A DNA stretch of 64,000 nucleotides, taken from the IMG/VR virus record IMGVR_UViG_3300020045_010174, positions 678-64,677 of that record; one strand, given 5' to 3'. This document shows positions 10,393 to 20,628 of this stretch, piece after piece. The stretch is from a virus. How positions within the stretch are numbered: position 1 is the first letter of the stretch; each line of letters opens with the position of its first letter. The notes under the pieces were generated by a model. That model was not told the origin of the DNA and ran no database searches. It saw nothing but the letters and a program-made list of their open reading frames with translations. A program made the position numbers and the translations under genes.

Positions 10393-11070
10393 ATGAGCGA
10401 AAATTTCAAACTACAGAGCGTAGCAGAACCGAAGAATAGAAACACAGTATTGAGAATAGCGGGAGCTATAAACCACGCTGAGAAGGTACTTGAGAATTTA
10501 CGTACCATGGATGCGGGCGATGCAAAAGACCTACTCCACGTAGTACGTGAAGAATCCAAAGTAATGACCTCTCAATCCCAGCTACTCGCATTACTGGCAG
10601 GCGGGGAAATCCCAGATAAGGCCATGAAAGCCATCGAAGAAGCACAGCCGATAAAATACGTCGAGGCTCGTGCTATGGGCGGGATTCCCGTTAGTCGAGC
10701 AGATGATACGGGCAAGATTGACGATAAGGGTAACCGGATATTTAAGATAGTCTGGTTCATGCCACAAGCAGTTAAAGCCAAAAAGGAATTGGGCGCAAAA
10801 GGACTGCTTAACGTCAAAGACGGCGAGTTCTCATCCAATAAAGAAGGAACTGAAAAAGTATTGAATGAGCTTGACCTTCAGAGAGGAAAAATCAACTTCC
10901 ACAAAACGGCCATAACCCAGTATGTAAAGGCAGCCAAAATCATCAAGCAGGAAGAACTTAAGGCACTACATGACGCCAAGAAAACAGCAAGCATAAACAT
11001 ATATGCACTCGGTCAGGCAATGCTTAAAGACACGCCACATATCCAGGTAGAAAAACCATTGACAGCTTAA
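10393..11070 (+). CDS. hypothetical protein (225 aa), first gene after the 1.1 kb non-coding region
   Basis: Long ORF; SD-like 'gaggtat' upstream. Confidence 0.5.
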   Translation: MSENFKLQSVAEPKNRNTVLRIAGAINHAEKVLENLRTMDAGDAKDLLHVVREESKVMTSQSQLLALLAGGEIPDKAMKAIEEAQPIKYVEARAMGGIPVSRADDTGKIDDKGNRIFKIVWFMPQAVKAKKELGAKGLLNVKDGEFSSNKEGTEKVLNELDLQRGKINFHKTAITQYVKAAKIIKQEELKALHDAKKTASINIYALGQAMLKDTPHIQVEKPLTA

Positions 11071-11100
11071 GAGATGTGAATTTTTTATATCTCTTATGAG

Positions 11101-11550
11101 GTGATTACTATGAATGACCCCTTAACATGCAACCGAAATAACCCAAAGTGGACATACGGAAGCTCAAAATCTGATGCAGTCCCCTATAGTCCATACGAAG
11201 TATCAAATATGAGGCAGGCAAATCCATGTAAGTTTTGCAAATCTCGTAAATCATGCAGAAATGTTACGGGTCATCATACACCCCATAAAAAGGTCAAGTA
11301 TGTGGAAATACCCAAGTCCGGTAACGTACCAGCTCCCATCGTAAAAGGTGAACTCATCAACGGACGGAAGCAGACGGGTCTTAAACCGGTGCTCACCTTC
11401 AAACCTGACGGTACACCAAAAATCATCATCGAAAAACCCTTCTATCCAAGATTATCCGATTCACACGTCAAAGTTCACTCACCAAAGACCCCACAAGTAC
11501 CAATATCCCCAAAACCCCAAGATGCAAAACACAGAAAATTCACAGAGTGA
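11101..11550 (+). CDS. basic Pro/Lys-rich hypothetical protein with Cys cluster
   Basis: 'CKFCKSRKSCRNVTGHH'; SD 'gaggtga' upstream. Confidence 0.45.
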   Translation: MITMNDPLTCNRNNPKWTYGSSKSDAVPYSPYEVSNMRQANPCKFCKSRKSCRNVTGHHTPHKKVKYVEIPKSGNVPAPIVKGELINGRKQTGLKPVLTFKPDGTPKIIIEKPFYPRLSDSHVKVHSPKTPQVPISPKPQDAKHRKFTE

Positions 11551-12528
11551 TACACATGATCATAGATAACAAACATGTTACCATCATCCATATGGATGAC
11601 ATACAGCTAATGCAAATATTTGAATTTCTCCCATCCGGTGAGGTCGAATATTCCGAAGCATACGTATCCGAAAAACAAGGAATCAAAGTAAGTGAATCAC
11701 AACCATATTAAGCGAGTGATGATCATGCAATTTCACAGAATAATTACCGAAAGAAACGATAACACCATGGAATCAAGAATGAACAATGCAGCGAGGGAAG
11801 GTTTTAAACTTCACCAATTCGAAGTTGTCGTTACAGGTGAACGATTAACACCAACATTTTGCGCACTAATGATAAAGGAAGTACCATGAAAACTCCAATA
11901 TGCAGCGACTGCATAAATTTACAAACCTGCGATGAACCCTTCATCTATTCATTTCTTGAATGTATAAACTTCGAATACATCCCCTACATAAAGGAGTAAT
12001 ACTATGAGTATGAAAAGAATTTCAACAAGAATCCAAAGCACAGTAATGGAAAAACTGGGAATCCGTCCAAAGTCCATCAAGCAAATACTCAATGATGAGT
12101 ATGTAAAATCTTTACAGGTGTGTTGATTATGCAACGAAACGATTTTCTTTACATGATCATCCATCTTCCACTTACATTACTATGCATCTACTTAATCTAT
12201 GATTTACTATCCTCTCCCATTATCCATCCATGAGCATATAAAATACTCCAGATAGTATCCTTTATATACTCACGTTTTAATCATTACTGAGCAACTTCAA
12301 AAATAAACTATCTAAAACATTTTAGACCACACACTTAAAAGAATTTTATACTTCACAAATTCCTTTGACATGACGGGTCTAAATTCTTTAAGATAGTCAC
12401 GAATGATTCACCCGACATCATTTCCAAGGCAAAATATGAGGTGAATTTATTTTTAAAAACCAGCGGTTTTACCCATATTTTCCTAAATTCTGTCTTAAAC
12501 TCTATCCTCTACTCTTTTTCTTTTATGC

Positions 12529-12598
12529 AAAAAAAATAAATAGAAGAAAGAAAAAAAGAATAGAAAAAATAAAAGTATAAACCCTTAAGTTTAAGACA
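12529..12598. repeat. ~70 bp A-rich intergenic element, copy 1 (second copy at 59632-59702)
   Basis: 'aaaaaataaatagaagaaagaaaaaaaga...gtataaa...ttaagtttaagaca' is shared with 59632-59702 (about 85% identity by eye). Confidence 0.6.
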
Positions 12599-12853
12599 CT
12601 TTCTTTAGACAGTGTGGTCTAAACTTTTAAGTGAAGTTCAAGGATGCGTTATAAGCAATTAAAATTATCGTTTCCTCCAAAGATATAGGGGTATATTCGA
12701 TCTCTTCTCCTGGATAGAATTTACCCTTATGCTGATGATCTGGGACTAAGCCACATGTCCCACTCCTAAACCACGGTTAATTCCCTGCGAAGTCTTAGGG
12801 AAAGTGAGTCCGTTTACGGGCATGAAACCCTACCGTGGAAGCATTTATAAAAG

Positions 12854-13063
12854 GTGATACTTATGGAACTAATAAAAGGAACGAAAGTATATTATGATGG
12901 CTCTTTGATAGGTCGCAACAGTGGAATGGGCGGCTCAAAGGGAACTGGTGTTATTACAAAGACACATTTAACAGATGATTGGGTGGAAGTAACACTCGAC
13001 AAAACCGGATACAAAATAGCAATGTCAAAAGAGCGTATGAAAATTGCAACCAATACAAAGTAA
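12854..13063 (+). CDS. small hypothetical protein, distant relative of the tandem mini-gene family
   Basis: 69 aa; G-x-x-V/Y...W-V-E-V pattern; SD 'aaggtga' upstream. Confidence 0.4.
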   Translation: MILMELIKGTKVYYDGSLIGRNSGMGGSKGTGVITKTHLTDDWVEVTLDKTGYKIAMSKERMKIATNTK

Positions 13064-13374
13064 TGGAGTTGATACAATGCCAAACCAATCTGAAACATTT
13101 ATACTCGACCGTGAAAACGGAGCTATGATCTGGATAGATATAGACATTGAAGTACATAAAAAGAAAAAGGAAAATGAAGGTTAATAACATGAAACTAATA
13201 TCAGCAAAGCCTGTGAAACAATTTCGACCATTCGACATAAGAATAGAAACAGTAGCAGAAGCAAGATCCTTGTGGCTCGAATTGGAAAACGATATGATTG
13301 AAGCAGAAGCACCAAGTCAAAAGTTAGCAGAAATGATACGCATCGAACTCAGTAATCAAGAGTTATTATAAGAG

Positions 13375-13671
13375 GTGATAATTATGCCAAAACTAAGATA
13401 CAAACGCAGTAAAGATACATCAAGAAAGGAAGCAAAAATAAAAGAATCAATTGCTTCCCAAGAAAGAAGAGAACAACGGACTGTCGAATCCATCAAATCA
13501 AAACCAATGGGGACACAGTATCCTAAAGGATATAAAACCTGCAGGCCAGACCTTGCAGTCCGGGAAACATCAGACAACAGTATTGAAAAACTCAAGGAAG
13601 AACTGCGGAAACTTCCCTCAATCATAACCGAAAACAAACCAAGCGACCCATCATCTCCCCGCTTCAAGTGA
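13375..13671 (+). CDS. basic hypothetical protein
   Basis: ORF with Lys/Arg-rich N-terminus; 'gaggtga' SD. Confidence 0.4.
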   Translation: MIIMPKLRYKRSKDTSRKEAKIKESIASQERREQRTVESIKSKPMGTQYPKGYKTCRPDLAVRETSDNSIEKLKEELRKLPSIITENKPSDPSSPRFK

Positions 13672-13970
13672 TGAGTATGCCACTCGCCGAGAAATACAAT
13701 AAAGATAAATTAAATACACAGATTGAGTTTCCATTTTGGGAAATTAAAGATGCATATAAACAGGATAAGATGCGGGTTAAGTATCAAGATAACATCAGAG
13801 CTATCCAAAGAAATTTTAGAGCGGATCTTATTCAAACATATCTACCTGGAAATAGAAAGGCAGAAAAGGTTTTTTTTATCGCTTGGAAAACTGCACATAA
13901 CCGCGGATATGAAGAGGTAGAAAAATGCTTCAAAGAACTTGCAGAACTGGTGACATCAGACGACGATTAG
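13668..13970 (+). CDS. hypothetical protein (100 aa)
   Basis: ORF whose start overlaps the upstream stop. Confidence 0.4.
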   Translation: MMSMPLAEKYNKDKLNTQIEFPFWEIKDAYKQDKMRVKYQDNIRAIQRNFRADLIQTYLPGNRKAEKVFFIAWKTAHNRGYEEVEKCFKELAELVTSDDD

Positions 13971-14560
13971 AACTCAGTAATCCAGAATCATTTCCCACAT
14001 CGGAAGAGCTTGAAGTGAGAAGAGAATTCGCATCTGATGTCATGCTCATGGGTTTGAATATAAGTATGATCTTTATGATACTGGGTGCAGTAATAGTAGC
14101 ATTCGTATCGACCCGATATATGGGGTATACTGGATTCAACATTGCTTTCTTTGGCACACTCTTAGATGTATTGTGTGGTGCATTGATTGCATATCATTTC
14201 GGAAGTAGACAGAGGATGATTGTATGAAAATAGAACATGAAATAAAAGAAAAAAAATTCGAACCGTTTAAGATAGCAATTGAAACGGAAGAAGAAGCGAT
14301 GACTTTCTGGGTGAGGTTTCTTCAAGGTGATATCTCATTTGCAAATGGGTTCGGAGATCCTATAATGAGGGCGGCATCAGCGACACTTGAAACAAGAAGC
14401 ATCTTCAATAAGCTATCTGAAGAGATGGAAAGGCAAGGTATAACGAGAAGTAAAATTATTTCCCGGGTGAAAAAATGAACATCAATATAAAAATGTATGG
14501 GTTACTATCCGTAGTGACCTTAATAACAGCAGCGGCGATAGCAGTATTTGCGGAGAATAT

Positions 14561-15031
14561 GTGAAAAGAAATATAAAAGAATCTGTCTGGAAACAAATAG
14601 ATAAGAGGGGAGAAGATGATTGTTGGGAATGGATGGGATATAAAAATAAAGATGGATATGGTAGGATTAGTATTGGCCGTAAACTTTATTCCACACATAG
14701 GTTGGTATATGAATTAATGAAAGGTAATATATTACATAATGAGGTCATAATGCATTTGTGTAATAATCCATCCTGTTGCAATCCAAAGCATCTTAAGTGT
14801 GGAACCCAAGAAGATAATATATATCAAATGTATGAAGAGGGTAGAGATAGACATATGATTCAAGAAGGGGAACTTAATAATAATAGTAAATTATCAAATG
14901 AAAAAGTTATTGAAATTAGAAAATTATATTCTTCTGGAAATCATTCTCAAAGACAGATTGCAAATCAATATAATATAAATCAGGCACTGGTTTCTGGAAT
15001 TATAAATAAAAAATTATGGAAACATATATAA
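14561..15031 (+). CDS. HNH homing endonuclease with C-terminal HTH
   Basis: 'HRLVYELMKGNILHNEVIMHLCNNPSCCNPKHLKCGTQEDN' HNH motif; C-terminal 'RQIANQYNINQALVSGI' HTH. Confidence 0.75.
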   Translation: MKRNIKESVWKQIDKRGEDDCWEWMGYKNKDGYGRISIGRKLYSTHRLVYELMKGNILHNEVIMHLCNNPSCCNPKHLKCGTQEDNIYQMYEEGRDRHMIQEGELNNNSKLSNEKVIEIRKLYSSGNHSQRQIANQYNINQALVSGIINKKLWKHI

Positions 15032-15035
15032 GGAA

Positions 15036-15272
15036 GTGAATGAAATGGTTTCAGACGCAGGACTAATAGCAATAGGTGCAGGAATAGCAGTAGGACTAAC
15101 AGGAATCGGGGCTGGTTTAGCCGAGGCTACTATCGGTGCAGTAGCTGTGAGAGCGATGAAAGAAGATAGTAAATTCTTAGGAAAAGGATTACTCATGACA
15201 GTGATCCCCGAATCAATAGCCATCTTTGGCTTAGTAGTAGCCCTCATCTTACTGTTCGTATTCAACACATGA
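15036..15272 (+). CDS. A/V-type ATP synthase proteolipid (subunit c/K)-like two-helix membrane protein
   Basis: 78 aa. Helix 1 is 'GAGIAVGLTGIGAGLAEATIGAVAV'; helix 2 is 'IPESIAIFGLVVALILLFV' with a conserved carboxylate in a PE(S/T)xxI(Y/F)GLV context, as in archaeal AtpK / V-type c subunits. Confidence 0.6.
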   Translation: MNEMVSDAGLIAIGAGIAVGLTGIGAGLAEATIGAVAVRAMKEDSKFLGKGLLMTVIPESIAIFGLVVALILLFVFNT

Positions 15273-15282
15273 GGGGACAGAT

Positions 15283-15570
15283 ATGGATAATAAATTTGCA
15301 GAGTTTGTAAGTGCTTGTATTTTGGAGAAGTTAAATGAGATAACTTTCTCAGTAAGACATGCTGACTTGATTAAAATTCAAGAGAGTATATACTCAAAGA
15401 GAATGTATGCTCCGGGTTATAGAGTCTTCGGTGGATTTTTCTGCCCTTGTTGTAAGAAGAATTTAACTAAAGAGGAAGTGGATAATAAATATATCCTAAA
15501 ATGTACATGCGGATATGAGTATGCAGGATCAACCTATCCAGATGATGATGATGAATCATATAGATTCTAG
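15283..15570 (+). CDS. zinc-ribbon hypothetical protein with acidic tail
   Basis: 'FCPCCKKN...KCTCGYEY'. Confidence 0.45.
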   Translation: MDNKFAEFVSACILEKLNEITFSVRHADLIKIQESIYSKRMYAPGYRVFGGFFCPCCKKNLTKEEVDNKYILKCTCGYEYAGSTYPDDDDESYRF

Positions 15571-16147
15571 GGGTTAATTATGAATGAATATAAACTTATT
15601 TCTCCTCACGGACATACAGTAATTGTGATGGGTGATATGTTTACACGTGATCAAATTTGGGTGGGTGATCTTTGGCAGGCGAGAGTACCAACCGATTGGT
15701 TGGTTATAGTTACCAGGGGTGTTGATAAGAAATGAACGATGAAGAACGAACAGAAGAAATTGATAGACTATATTCAGCTCTTCGGGTAGAACTCGATGAG
15801 ATCGAAAGAGTTTCCAATGAAGCCATGGAGAAAAGGAAATCTAATCTGATCACCAAGTTTAATAAGCGTATGGTAAAACTTATAAAGCTATGGGAAAAAT
15901 TAGATAAGCAGGAAGAAGTAATCAAAACCAAAGCAACCCTATATAAACTCAACCACGAATCCAGTGAACTCGACGAACAGATAAACGAACTCTCACAATA
16001 AACCGGGGGATGGTATGTTCGAATCAAGAATCGAAAGAGTGTTAGCCCTTAAATGTGGAATCGAAATGAAACAAATCGAAAAGTATTACATCAAATCAAA
16101 TTGCATTACTGTACTCAGATTCAGTAAATAAAATCAGGGAGGTCATC

Positions 16148-16501
16148 ATGTCAGAAACAGAATTAATAATGAACACATTGATAGCACTATCTGATAAGAT
16201 CGGGATAGCTGCAACGGAAATCTCCCGTATCTTCATCGAGGCACAACCCAAAATAGCGATGGTGAATTTAACATTAGCGGGAATCATTATAATATTAACC
16301 AGTATATCAATGGCGATTGTAGCATACATAGAATATAATATCAATCATTCCGATGATTGTCTATCTGCAATACTGGTTGCTGGAATAGTAACATTGGTTA
16401 TCTCTATATTCATAGCAGCAATTATTGCACCAAATCTATATGCTATCGTAGCTCCAGAATACATTGGTCTCAAAGATATGATCAGTACAATAAGAGGATA
16501 A
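16148..16501 (+). CDS. small multi-TM membrane protein (holin-like candidate)
   Basis: Strongly hydrophobic 117-aa ORF; followed by another small TM ORF (~16513-16695). Confidence 0.4.
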   Translation: MSETELIMNTLIALSDKIGIAATEISRIFIEAQPKIAMVNLTLAGIIIILTSISMAIVAYIEYNINHSDDCLSAILVAGIVTLVISIFIAAIIAPNLYAIVAPEYIGLKDMISTIRG

Positions 16502-17004
16502 TAGGTGAGAGCATGCTCGGACAATTAATATTACTTTATGTAATTATATTTTTAGCATTCGCATTTCACCAAAATAAAACGAATGATATTATATCAACAT
16601 TCGTCACTGTTGCGTTAAAATTTTTTATTGTAACAGCCTGTATAATGTTGATACTCATCGTCGGATCTATAATCATTGCGCTATGGAATGTATAAAATAA
16701 ACGGAGGTCGCCATGTATATACTGGACATCATTAAAAACTACATCAGTAATTTCTTTAAGGGGATAGAAGAAAAACATGGTGGCCTCAGCAGAGAGTCAA
16801 CCGAAGAATATAAAATAAAGAAACCATTCAAATGCACATCAAAAAAGATCAGAGTTCCAGAAAAGATTATCAAAGTAAAGGAAAGAAAACCCACAGTAAT
16901 AAAACATAAGAAATTAAACCTTGAGTTTTATCCAATACATGAAGCCCCAAAAGCAAGGGTGATGAAGCAACAAGACTCGTGTCAGCTGAAGTATAATTAA
17001 GGAA

Positions 17005-17376
17005 GTGATGATCATGAAATATCCCGAAGCTTTAAACTTAATAGAAGGTTATCTTATATCAACCGGCATTCGAAAGTATTGTACTGAAGTATGTCATGGT
17101 GATTGCTGTAGGACATGTGACTCACATCAATGTAATACACAAAGAAACATTGCATGTTCAACATACGTATGTGATAAGATAAAGGATAAGAGGATACACA
17201 TCATACTGTGGATGCAATCACTCAGACACATATCAAATACAATAGGTAGATCGGCCTTCTGTGTATATGATGGACTGACAGATGAGGAATATAAAAAATT
17301 AAATGAGTCTGAGTTACCCCGTGGATTTGTAATAGACCTATTAAATCTTTTAGAAAAACCCAGGATAAAACAATAA
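17005..17376 (+). CDS. Cys-rich hypothetical protein
   Basis: 'CTEVCHGDCCRTCDSHQCNTQRNIACSTYVCDK'. Confidence 0.45.
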   Translation: MMIMKYPEALNLIEGYLISTGIRKYCTEVCHGDCCRTCDSHQCNTQRNIACSTYVCDKIKDKRIHIILWMQSLRHISNTIGRSAFCVYDGLTDEEYKKLNESELPRGFVIDLLNLLEKPRIKQ

Positions 17377-17383
17377 AATTAAT

Positions 17384-17477
17384 ACTCCGGTATCTCAGTC
17401 AAGTATGTATGCATCATACTGCAGAAGAGAGCTGGTGTTAAACCAGAGTGTCGTGGGTTCAAATCCCACCCGGAGTT
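17384..17477 (+). tRNA. tRNA-like gene (unusually long, ~94 nt; probable intron or long variable arm; isotype undetermined)
   Basis: 7-bp acceptor pairing 'actccgg' / 'ccggagt' flanks a canonical T-arm 'gtggg-ttcaaat-cccac'. A perfect 5-bp/7-nt-loop hairpin 'gtatg-tatgcat-catac' sits inside. I could not fold a canonical D-arm by eye. Confidence 0.5.
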
Positions 17478-17735
17478 TTGGCCAAATAAACGGCCATATT
17501 AAAACGGAAGTATTATATGTAAGTAGTTATGAATAAGGCTGCCCGGATTGGGCGAGAGAGGCGATCGGATTATGAATAGGATAAGAGGTTGTCGTAAATA
17601 AAGATAGAAGATTTAACTATTTATATCAAAACAAAACCATATAAAAGACATACCGAGATGAACCACTTCTCTGTTGAGTAACATTGGATCAGGATCATAA
17701 TTAAAAGTGGCTGTGTATGTTAGTCATAATCTCGT

Positions 17736-17827
17736 GCTTCGGTAATCTAATGGCGAGGTGCTAGTCTAGGTAGGAGTGGGTGGCCTATCGGAAACCTGTT
17801 AAGTGAGTTCGATTCTCACCCGGAGCA
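17736..17827 (+). tRNA. tRNA gene (~92 nt; long variable arm or intron; isotype undetermined)
   Basis: Acceptor 'gcttcgg' / 'ccggagc' (one U-G), D-arm 'atct-aatggcg-aggt', T-arm 'gtgag-ttcgatt-ctcac', discriminator a. Confidence 0.55.
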
Positions 17828-17868
17828 TTTGCCAGATTCGGCAATAGTATTTCAGAGGTGAAATAAAT

Positions 17869-18993
17869 ATGAACAATAAATTGTGGATAGTCTTGATCGC
17901 CCTTGTTGGGATCGGATTGTATGCACTGCCAGCGACCATGTCGCTCTTCGCGGGACAACATTCGTTCGTTAACATCGACGCAACAGGCAATCAGATCGAC
18001 TGTGTGAAATGTCATGGCGACGTAAAAGCAGAATTAAATTCTGGTGGAGTCAATGCCAAGACAGGAACAGTAGGCCCACACGCTTCGTTCAAATGCGAAT
18101 ACTGTCACAGAATAGAAGCCGGTGCTTCAAGCGGTGACAACGCCTACGCAATAGTCACATATACAAACGGAACAATTCCGACTGTATCTGGGATCAGTAA
18201 TATGAGAACCATTGCTATTAGCATGGCTGACTTTGAGGAAGAGAACTTCCCAGCAACCATAACAAATGATGTGACAACCATAACACAGGTTGAAACAGCA
18301 TGGGGTAATACATTCGCTAAGGCATATGGTGGATCCGCTCAGGCTGCAATCAGTCCTCAGGCAATAGGAACTGAACTGGACACAACAGTATTAACAATAT
18401 ATAATGAGTACGAGAAGCCTTTGTATTCAGCAGGCGCACCCATAGATACCTCCGCTAGAAAAACCGAGGGTATGATCCTTAATAAGAATGGTGCTACCAA
18501 CTGGACGAAGAGTTCAAGGTACTGGACACCATCGTTGTATGGTGTAGGTTCCAGAGTAATTAATCCAGGCTCAGAGTATCACGCCGCATCATTGGTATCA
18601 TGTCTTGAATGCCACGGTGGTTCAGAACCACTCGGTCATTACAGCAGAGTACTTGATGGTGAATCAACCGCCTCATGTGAACAGTGTCACTATGGTTCTA
18701 CAAATAGATGGACAGAACTTAGTGCTGGAGGATTCGGTATACTCGGTGGAAAAGATACTGGAGCAACAGAAGCCCACAAGGATTTCGTCACAACCAATGA
18801 TGGAATGACAAGGCAGAAAGATGGTATAAGTAATGGTGCATGTGTTGCATGTCATACTCACGTAGCAGTAGACATCACATACAACAAACCAGATACATAT
18901 ACATTCAATGCAGCAAACACAATTGGAAATGGTGACTGGACAGTCGGCCCATATACAGCAGCAGGAAACGTAACAAGTAACAGCAGCCCGTAA
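17869..18993 (+). CDS. secreted multiheme c-type cytochrome (5 CxxCH)
   Basis: N-terminal TM/signal 'MNNKLWIVLIALVGIGLYALPATMSLFAGQHSF'. Heme motifs CVKCH, CEYCH, CLECH, CEQCH, CVACH. Confidence 0.8.
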   Translation: MNNKLWIVLIALVGIGLYALPATMSLFAGQHSFVNIDATGNQIDCVKCHGDVKAELNSGGVNAKTGTVGPHASFKCEYCHRIEAGASSGDNAYAIVTYTNGTIPTVSGISNMRTIAISMADFEEENFPATITNDVTTITQVETAWGNTFAKAYGGSAQAAISPQAIGTELDTTVLTIYNEYEKPLYSAGAPIDTSARKTEGMILNKNGATNWTKSSRYWTPSLYGVGSRVINPGSEYHAASLVSCLECHGGSEPLGHYSRVLDGESTASCEQCHYGSTNRWTELSAGGFGILGGKDTGATEAHKDFVTTNDGMTRQKDGISNGACVACHTHVAVDITYNKPDTYTFNAANTIGNGDWTVGPYTAAGNVTSNSSP

Positions 18994-19000
18994 AGAGAAC

Positions 19001-19423
19001 GTGGGGGTCAAATCCCCACACTTTCTATCACGAGGAGATGAAATGAAATATTTATTAATAGTTATATTTATATTACTCGTGCCTCAAAACACAATGGCCT
19101 TAAAACAACCATTGGAGTATGGAATAAATCAATGTGAATTGATAGCAAAAGATTATCAAAACATATATGGTGGTTCATTAGTCTGGATACAACCACTCAA
19201 AGACAATGGTGCGTATGATCTCGGTGAATACAATGCCCATATAATCAATCGTGTATATATATATAATGAGGGAATTATTTATATTGATTATCAATCTGGA
19301 TTCAGCGGGCATAATTTATCAGATGTCGGTAATTGGTATGAAGTATATAGTGGGAACAATGCTTTCATGATTTTTGAATTATATAAAGAAAGACCACCCT
19401 TCCCTATGTGGTGGCATTACTAA
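19001..19423 (+). CDS. secreted hypothetical protein
   Basis: Signal peptide 'MKYLLIVIFILLVPQNTMA'. Confidence 0.45.
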   Translation: MGVKSPHFLSRGDEMKYLLIVIFILLVPQNTMALKQPLEYGINQCELIAKDYQNIYGGSLVWIQPLKDNGAYDLGEYNAHIINRVYIYNEGIIYIDYQSGFSGHNLSDVGNWYEVYSGNNAFMIFELYKERPPFPMWWHY

Positions 19424-19437
19424 CATCAGAGGTGACC

Positions 19438-19893
19438 ATGAGACTATATCTTTTTATACTATTACTGTGCCTCATTCCACTCGCAAATGCGGATGATGGT
19501 GTATGTATATTCTGTCATAAAAATATAGATAGCTTCATGTTCCAATCAGCATGTAAGGATTGTCATGATACAGAAGATCCCACACATGCCATCAACAGAT
19601 GTATCGGTTGTCATCGAGCAACCAATGTAGATTCCTATCATCGACTACACAACAACACACCATGTTCAACCTGCCATGCTGATGCGGAAAAACCAAAGGG
19701 AATAACCCTGTCAGCATGTGCTTCATGTCATAAGAATACTGTGGTTAATATCCACTTAAATAAAACGATGACTCCAGAAACATCGTTACCTATTATTAAA
19801 CCAGCACTCATAGACACATGGAAAAAATATACAGTAAGTTCCATAATACAATTCTTCTATAACGTATACAGTAAAGAAATAAAGGTGATATAA
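19438..19893 (+). CDS. secreted pentaheme c-type cytochrome
   Basis: ATG preceded by SD 'gaggtga'. Signal 'MRLYLFILLLCLIPLANA'. Heme motifs CIFCH, CKDCH, CIGCH, CSTCH, CASCH within ~120 aa. Confidence 0.8.
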   Translation: MRLYLFILLLCLIPLANADDGVCIFCHKNIDSFMFQSACKDCHDTEDPTHAINRCIGCHRATNVDSYHRLHNNTPCSTCHADAEKPKGITLSACASCHKNTVVNIHLNKTMTPETSLPIIKPALIDTWKKYTVSSIIQFFYNVYSKEIKVI

Positions 19894-19894
19894 A

Positions 19895-20311
19895 ATGGCA
19901 AACAAACTAATGATATTATTCGGATTGACTCTCATGATTGTGGCAGTAACAAGTTTACAATCTGCTGCAAATGAAACCAAACCGGGTCTGAGCTTAGAGA
20001 TTACAGTGAAGGATGATGTCGTTACCAATGTAAGTATGAAGCAGGTTGAACTTCCATTCTTCTATAAACAAACCAGCGGCACAGTTGACTTCCCGGATAT
20101 AAGTGTCAACGCAAAACCTGGTCAGCTTGAAGCAAAGCCAATAACATACTGGGCATCTTCTCCATATTCAGGGGACGGTATCTATACAATGACCCTATCA
20201 TTTGATGGAACTATACCGAAGGTAGATGACTTCCTAATACTTCCCATCAGAATAACAAATGACAGAGGCCACATCATCTATAAACAAACCGGGTTTTATA
20301 CCTGGAGATAA
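19895..20311 (+). CDS. secreted hypothetical protein
   Basis: Signal peptide 'MANKLMILFGLTLMIVAVTSLQSAANE'. Confidence 0.45.
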   Translation: MANKLMILFGLTLMIVAVTSLQSAANETKPGLSLEITVKDDVVTNVSMKQVELPFFYKQTSGTVDFPDISVNAKPGQLEAKPITYWASSPYSGDGIYTMTLSFDGTIPKVDDFLILPIRITNDRGHIIYKQTGFYTWR

Positions 20312-20628
20312 ACATGTATGATAGAATAGAACCTATCATGATGTTTGTATTCATACTCATGATGTTTATATCAGTGGGTATGGTGATGATTGCATCATAT
20401 AATTTATTAGTGGGTGTAGGTAATCTCCCCTGCAACGAACCATTGATAGTATTATATATCAATCCACCCTGAGTAAAGATAACTAAAGTTATATTCGGAG
20501 GTAAGTATGAAAAAGTCTACGGAGATAATATTAAGTCTTGTGTTAGGATTAATCGCAATGGGTGTGGGAATATACATGAGTGGATCACCATGTACATGAG
20601 ATTCATATATGAAGAAATGAGGTGACTT

